DNA of 64,000 nt. Source: Candidatus Heimdallarchaeota archaeon (lineage in GTDB: Archaea; Asgardarchaeota; Heimdallarchaeia; JABLTI01). The DNA lies in contig JABCTZ010000037.1 of assembly GCA_018238155.1 (NCBI GenBank), positions 1 to 64,000 of the forward strand, in the 5' to 3' direction. The translations under genes were made by a program, and so were the position numbers. The notes beneath the pieces are model-generated. The model did not search any database. It was not told the DNA's origin and saw only the letters and a list, made by a program, of their open reading frames with translations. Of the stretch, positions 59,338-64,000 are shown piece after piece. The stretch's first letter is position 1, and each line of letters opens with the position of its first letter.

Positions 59338-61143
59338 ATGGCGGAAAACAATGACCAAGAAAAATCATCAAGCATGCTAAATGGTGAATCAGATTTAGAT
59401 GGTAAGATGATTATTGATTCGAGGGGAGAAGAAGTTGGCATTTGTAAAGCAGTTAATATTGGAGAGGATGGGCAAATTAGTTTGAGCTTTGAAGTTGTAA
59501 TCAATGAAAAACAAGTCATCCCAACTCAAACAATTCCCTATAATGTTATTAGCAAAATTACTGATGTAATTGAATTAAGAGTTCCAATTAATATTAAAGT
59601 AGCACAGTCATCAGATGAAATCAAAACTCAAGATGAAATAAAAGAAACAAAAGTATTGGAAGAGCAAAAAGAATTAATTGAAGTAAAAAAACCGCAAGAA
59701 ATGGTTATTGCTGAACCTGAGACATCAAAATCAGCAGATGATTCTACTAAATCTAATGAAGAGAACATAATTGAGCCAAGCAAACATGCGCCTATGAAGA
59801 AAACAGAACCTGTAATTGATAAAACGATTAAAACTTTCAACAAAACTCAACTAATTGCAGCTGAAAAATTAACTGGTAAAATTGAAATACCACAAGCAGA
59901 TGCTACGCAACAATTATCAAAAGCACTCAAAGAAGAAGATTTTCCTAAAACAAAAACGAAACTTACTTCTACAAATGAAGAAGTAAAAAAATTAACAGTC
60001 GGATTAGAAGAATCCGTTAGAAAAATAGAACGCTTATTTAAATTAGTAACTGAGGGTGACGAGGAAACAAAAGTTGAAGCAATTAAAGCTTTAACATATC
60101 TAACTACAATCTCTCCTGAACTAGGCTTAAGTCTAATACCTAAATTGATGGAATTAAATGATGAACCTAATCAAGTAGTCAGATTAAATATAGCTCAACA
60201 ACTGGAAGTTATTGGTGAAGCAAATCCCGAACTTTTTAATGGTTATTATCTAGAATTATTAGAAAATGCATACGAAGAACCAATCGAAGAAATAAGAGAA
60301 CAACTAGTAAAAAGTCTTCATGAAATTGCAAGGAAGGATGCAAATATTGCATGTACTGATCTAGAAGTATTTTTAGAAGATGTTATCATTGGAAAACGGG
60401 TACCTGAAGTACCAGCAAAAGTACTGCACGATGTTACTCTTAAAGTAGTTTCGGGAAATTTCAAGCTAACAAAAATAGCTATTCGAGCACGATTGAAATT
60501 TATTGCTCAGGGAGGAAAGCTAGGAGAACGTTGTACAGAAGAACTCGAAGACTATAACGCAACTCTAATTGGACTTACCTTGATTGAAACTCACTCTCCT
60601 AAAGAAGCAGAAAAATTGATGAAGAGTACAAATTTTAAGAAACTTGGACCAATTTTTATTGAAGTAATTAATCAGATGATTGCTGCTTACAGTGAAGGAT
60701 CAATTAAGCAGCTTGAAGAAGCGGTAGATAAGAAAATAATCATTTCAATAGAAGTAATTGAACGATTCTTTGAAAGAAAAATAATAAAAACTCTTGAAGG
60801 AATGAAAAACGTTCCAATGGAAGTATTTTTTGGGAGTTCAATTGTTACACCTGAAGAAGCAGAAAAAATCATCTATCGGCTTGTTGTTCAGAAGCGGATA
60901 AATGCGTCAATCAACATAAATGGCAATCGTACTTTTATCACCTCTCTAGATGTAGAAAAATCAAATGGAAAAAATATAGAAAAGCCAAAAGTCACTAAAC
61001 AACCCGCGAAGAAAACTACTACAAAAAAGAAAACAACTACAAAGCAGGCACCAAAGAAAACAGCTTCAAAAGCTACTGCTCCAAAGAAGAAAACAAGTAC
61101 AACAAAAAAATCAACAGCAAAAAAACAAACTAAAGATAAATAA
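59338..61143 (+). CDS. PRC-barrel + HEAT-repeat + winged-helix (PCI-like) protein with a Lys/Thr-rich tail
   Basis: PRC 'LDGKMIIDSRGEEVG...IPYNVISKITDVIEL'. HEAT 'DEETKVEAIKAL', 'EPNQVVRLNIAQQL', 'EPIEEIREQLVKSL'. wH 'EAEKIIYRLVVQKRINASI'. Confidence 0.7.
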   Translation: MAENNDQEKSSSMLNGESDLDGKMIIDSRGEEVGICKAVNIGEDGQISLSFEVVINEKQVIPTQTIPYNVISKITDVIELRVPINIKVAQSSDEIKTQDEIKETKVLEEQKELIEVKKPQEMVIAEPETSKSADDSTKSNEENIIEPSKHAPMKKTEPVIDKTIKTFNKTQLIAAEKLTGKIEIPQADATQQLSKALKEEDFPKTKTKLTSTNEEVKKLTVGLEESVRKIERLFKLVTEGDEETKVEAIKALTYLTTISPELGLSLIPKLMELNDEPNQVVRLNIAQQLEVIGEANPELFNGYYLELLENAYEEPIEEIREQLVKSLHEIARKDANIACTDLEVFLEDVIIGKRVPEVPAKVLHDVTLKVVSGNFKLTKIAIRARLKFIAQGGKLGERCTEELEDYNATLIGLTLIETHSPKEAEKLMKSTNFKKLGPIFIEVINQMIAAYSEGSIKQLEEAVDKKIIISIEVIERFFERKIIKTLEGMKNVPMEVFFGSSIVTPEEAEKIIYRLVVQKRINASININGNRTFITSLDVEKSNGKNIEKPKVTKQPAKKTTTKKKTTTKQAPKKTASKATAPKKKTSTTKKSTAKKQTKDK

Positions 61144-61231
61144 TTTTGTCAACATGTTTTTTGCTTATTGTAACTATTTTTACTAAAAGATTAATTAATA
61201 ATATAGTCAGTAAAATTACTGGGGATATCCA

Positions 61232-62227
61232 ATGAAATTACTGATTACAGGTGGAACAGGATTCTTAGGTGGATTTGTTCTAAAAGAATTAGAAAATCCT
61301 ATCTACAAAGAAAAATTCTCTTTAGAGAAAATAAGGCTCTTTGTAAGAAGTGCTAAAAAAGCAGAGAAGATAAAAAGTAAGCTATACGAATTTGAAATTA
61401 TTGAAGGAAGCATTACTGATAAAGAAGCAGTACAAAAAGCAACAGAAGGGATAGATTCAGTTCTGCATATTGCAAGCAAGTATAGTATACATGGCAAGAA
61501 AAAGGATTTCATCACCACAAATGTAGATGGAACAGCTAATTTACTGAATGCACTTGCACCTGGTTCAACATTCATCTTAACTTCATCAATTGCAATTTAT
61601 GGTTACAACGCTAATAAGGGCAAACCATTTACAGAAGATTACGAACCAAAGAAACCATTCTGGCATTATCAAGTAACAAAGAAAATGCAAGAAGATCTAG
61701 CAAGGGAAAAGTGCAAAGAAAAAGGAATAACTTTTGTTGCTTTAAGACCACCAATGATTTCAGGACCAGGGGATGAACCAACAAAGATATTCATTGAGAA
61801 TCTTGAAAAAAGAAGAATTGTTTTGTGTAGAGGAGGAAATGGATTCATCCCTGTTGTACATCCTACAGATGCAGCAAAAGCACATTTACTGGCACTGGAG
61901 AAAGCTGCAGAAGTCGATGGTGAAGCATTTCATTTTTCTAGTTTTCATGTGAAATTCAAAGACTTTGCTAATGCCTTTACAAAAGAGTTAGGTATCAAAA
62001 AAATCAAAATGAGAGTCCCTTACTGGTTTATTTATTCATTTGCTACAGTTTTAGAGTTCTTACCGTTTAATACCCCCTATTCCCGATTTGCAGTGAAATT
62101 CCTAGGAGGGTCAGACCAACTAGACAATTCAAAAATAACTGAAAAATTAGGTTATCAACCAACCTTTAAACTAGAAGAAACAGTCAAAGAAAGCGTCGAT
62201 TGGTATAAAACATTAATGTCCAAATAA
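61232..62227 (+). CDS. Extended SDR / NAD-dependent epimerase (3-beta-HSD-like)
   Basis: 'ITGGTGFLG', 'NVDGT', 'TSS', YxxxK 'YQVTK', 'LRPP'. Confidence 0.9.
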   Translation: MKLLITGGTGFLGGFVLKELENPIYKEKFSLEKIRLFVRSAKKAEKIKSKLYEFEIIEGSITDKEAVQKATEGIDSVLHIASKYSIHGKKKDFITTNVDGTANLLNALAPGSTFILTSSIAIYGYNANKGKPFTEDYEPKKPFWHYQVTKKMQEDLAREKCKEKGITFVALRPPMISGPGDEPTKIFIENLEKRRIVLCRGGNGFIPVVHPTDAAKAHLLALEKAAEVDGEAFHFSSFHVKFKDFANAFTKELGIKKIKMRVPYWFIYSFATVLEFLPFNTPYSRFAVKFLGGSDQLDNSKITEKLGYQPTFKLEETVKESVDWYKTLMSK

Positions 62228-62467
62228 ACATCACCTTAAATTAAGTGATAATTTGGAGTGTAATCCTTAATCAGATATTTATTGACACAAGAATAATACT
62301 GAGCTGAGAAGTACATTTAAAATGTTAGAGAAATCAACTAACACAAGTAGTAATCGTCTTAGTGAACAATACAATAATTTTAAAAATAGCAAATTTCGAT
62401 TTAAGCGAAAGACACATAAAGAGTAAGCAAGTGTCTCCAAAACGTGAAACAAACGGAGAAATGAACT

Positions 62468-62629
62468 ATGCCCGTTGCCGATCCAGAGAAACGAGAAATC
62501 GCCCGAAGAAAGTTACTTTACGTTCAAGTTTGTAGAAAATGTTATGCAAGAAATGCTTTACGTGCAGTGAAATGCCGAAAATGTGGTTCAAAAAGATTAA
62601 GACCAAAGAACCGTGAAAGCAAAGGATAG
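62468..62629 (+). CDS. rpl40e: 50S ribosomal protein L40e (not in the ORF track)
   Basis: MPVADPEKREIARRKLLYVQVCRKCYARNALRAVKCRKCGSKRLRPKNRESKG*, with the L40e CxxC..CRKC..LRPK pattern. Confidence 0.95.
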   Translation: MPVADPEKREIARRKLLYVQVCRKCYARNALRAVKCRKCGSKRLRPKNRESKG

Positions 62630-62815
62630 TTCGATAATTATTCTTCTTTTATCCTTTTCATCTATTATTTATTTTATTTTTCACTATTTGATTTTAAGGT
62701 TAAACAAAGTACAGCTATTTCCATCAGAAATTTTTCTTATTTCTTGTTCTCTAGAAAAAATTTCTCCTATTTAGACAAAAAATTAATTGATGTCATCCAC
62801 CGTTCCTTTTTTTAT

Positions 62816-63055
62816 GGACAAATAGGACATTGCACTATTTGTTCATTCCCAGTCACAGTAACAAGACCGTTGTTGTTACTGATCATCTCTGAGACCTCAC
62901 CAGAAACAATTGGGTGAAGGATTCCCGAGTCCATGTAGGGCACGGGGCTGGAACCTTTTGAATTGGCTTTTGACTTTTGTTAGTCAGTAAAGAAATATAC
63001 TGCTGCTCAGTATTAAGCCTCTTTCTTGAGAGATTGACGAAAGTATTGCAGCCCA
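62816..63055 (+). ncRNA. Candidate multi-helix structured RNA
   Basis: GC-richer intergenic block with several stem-loops and two multi-way junctions. G-U pairs favour the + strand. Confidence 0.45.
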
Positions 63056-63261
63056 TTTTTGCTTATGAATCATCAACTATTCTGCTTTTCGTTCTATCTA
63101 TTTGAACATTCGTTTCTCAAAAGATTGTTTGTGAGTGTACACTTTACCCTTTGTCCTTATTGTCCATAAGAAGTGATAACAGTTGCCACTCCTACAAGAG
63201 AAATTTAAATAAAGAATATAGATAAATTCAAAAAATAAAATAAATAGATAAAACATACCAA

Positions 63262-63368
63262 GTGCGAGTGGTCTAGCTCGGCATGACGCTAGCCTCACAG
63301 TTTACCTATCTTTCAGGAAAACGAGGAAACGCTGGATATCACCGGTTCAAATCCGGTCTCGCACACCA
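63262..63368 (+). tRNA. tRNA-Val(CAC) with a 30-nt anticodon-loop intron and encoded CCA
   Basis: Acceptor GUGCGAG/CUCGCAC, D stem GUC/GAC, anticodon CAC at 63296-63298, intron about 63300-63329, T arm ACCGG-UUCAAAU-CCGGU, then A and CCA. Confidence 0.93.
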
Positions 63369-63387
63369 ATAATATCTATTTTTCTAA

Positions 63388-63861
63388 CTATTTTCTTCCA
63401 CCATGAAGTATCGGCAAAATTACTATCTTGTCATCGATATTAACTAGATCAGAAAGTGAATATATTTCTCCATTTACGAGGACAGTATGTTTTCTAATCA
63501 CATCATCTTTAAATCCATTATTCTTCATGTAAATCTTGACAGTCATTGGGTATTGGAGTTGTTCAAACGGTTCAAAAGTAAAATCAGGTAAACTCTCTTG
63601 TTTTAATTTAATCAATTTAAAAAATTGAATCAGAATTTTCACAGCTTCATCAAAGAGTGTGGAGTTTTTCAAATTGCCTTTAGTAGTTGCTTCGATTAGT
63701 TTCTTCTTGAGATTTTCGCACAAGAATAACTGTTCATCCGCTGAAAGTTTCTGCCAGTTATCTTTTAGCTTTTCGTGAAAACTTTTCAGTTTGAAATTTT
63801 TATTAAATTCTGTTTCTTCGAGAAACTTATTTGACCATTTAAATTTATCATATCCGGTCAT
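63388..63861 (-). CDS. Helical N-domain fused to a MoaD/ThiS-like ubiquitin-fold domain ending GG-RK
   Basis: 'HTVLVNGEIYSLSDLVNIDDKIVILPILHGGRK*'. Confidence 0.75.
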   Translation of the reverse strand: MTGYDKFKWSNKFLEETEFNKNFKLKSFHEKLKDNWQKLSADEQLFLCENLKKKLIEATTKGNLKNSTLFDEAVKILIQFFKLIKLKQESLPDFTFEPFEQLQYPMTVKIYMKNNGFKDDVIRKHTVLVNGEIYSLSDLVNIDDKIVILPILHGGRK

Positions 63862-64000
63862 TTTTTACACTTCATCCTTTTCATTTAATTAAGGTAATAA
63901 TTATTTTTTTAACTGAAAAGTCTTTTCTATCCTTGTTAGAGAAAGCATATTCAGTTCAAATATTGCTTATCGTTCTTTACTAATTTCTTCTACTAAATTT

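Noticed and set aside
62816-63055. RNase P RNA, SRP RNA, FMN or T-box riboswitch identity (contains CAGAAA and GGGUGAA)
   Set aside because: No GAGGAAAGUCC/P4 pairing, no SRP helix-8 CAGG..AGCAG motif, and no complete riboswitch consensus. Kept only as an unassigned structured RNA.
63098-63298. 66-aa minus-strand ORF
   Set aside because: Antisense to tRNA-Val; spurious.

Overview
AT-rich archaeal chromosomal segment. It most likely comes from an Asgard archaeon (Heimdallarchaeia-like). This is inferred from archaeal core genes (srp54, rpo4, rpl21e, rpl40e, pelota, carS, archaeal-type MetRS/TrpRS, intron-containing tRNA-Val) sitting alongside eukaryotic-signature proteins: a ubiquitin E2, a Rab-like GTPase, a roadblock/longin-like protein and a multi-TM longin fusion. 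About 50 CDSs are supported, including two missed by the ORF track (rpl40e and a 55-aa Cys-rich protein). No rRNA, CRISPR array or mobile element was seen. The leading candidate for an undescribed system is an apparent two-gene unit: an amidohydrolase plus a 1086-aa GCS2/PafA-fold carboxylate-amine ligase with a long, extremely basic extension (possible protein-modification writer/eraser pair). Other candidates are a Cdc48-N/vWA fusion without an AAA domain, a GGDEF-like plus PHP gene pair, a divergent CdvA-like coiled-coil / PRC-HEAT-wH pair, and three structured intergenic RNA candidates. All calls come from motif recognition by eye; no database searches were run.
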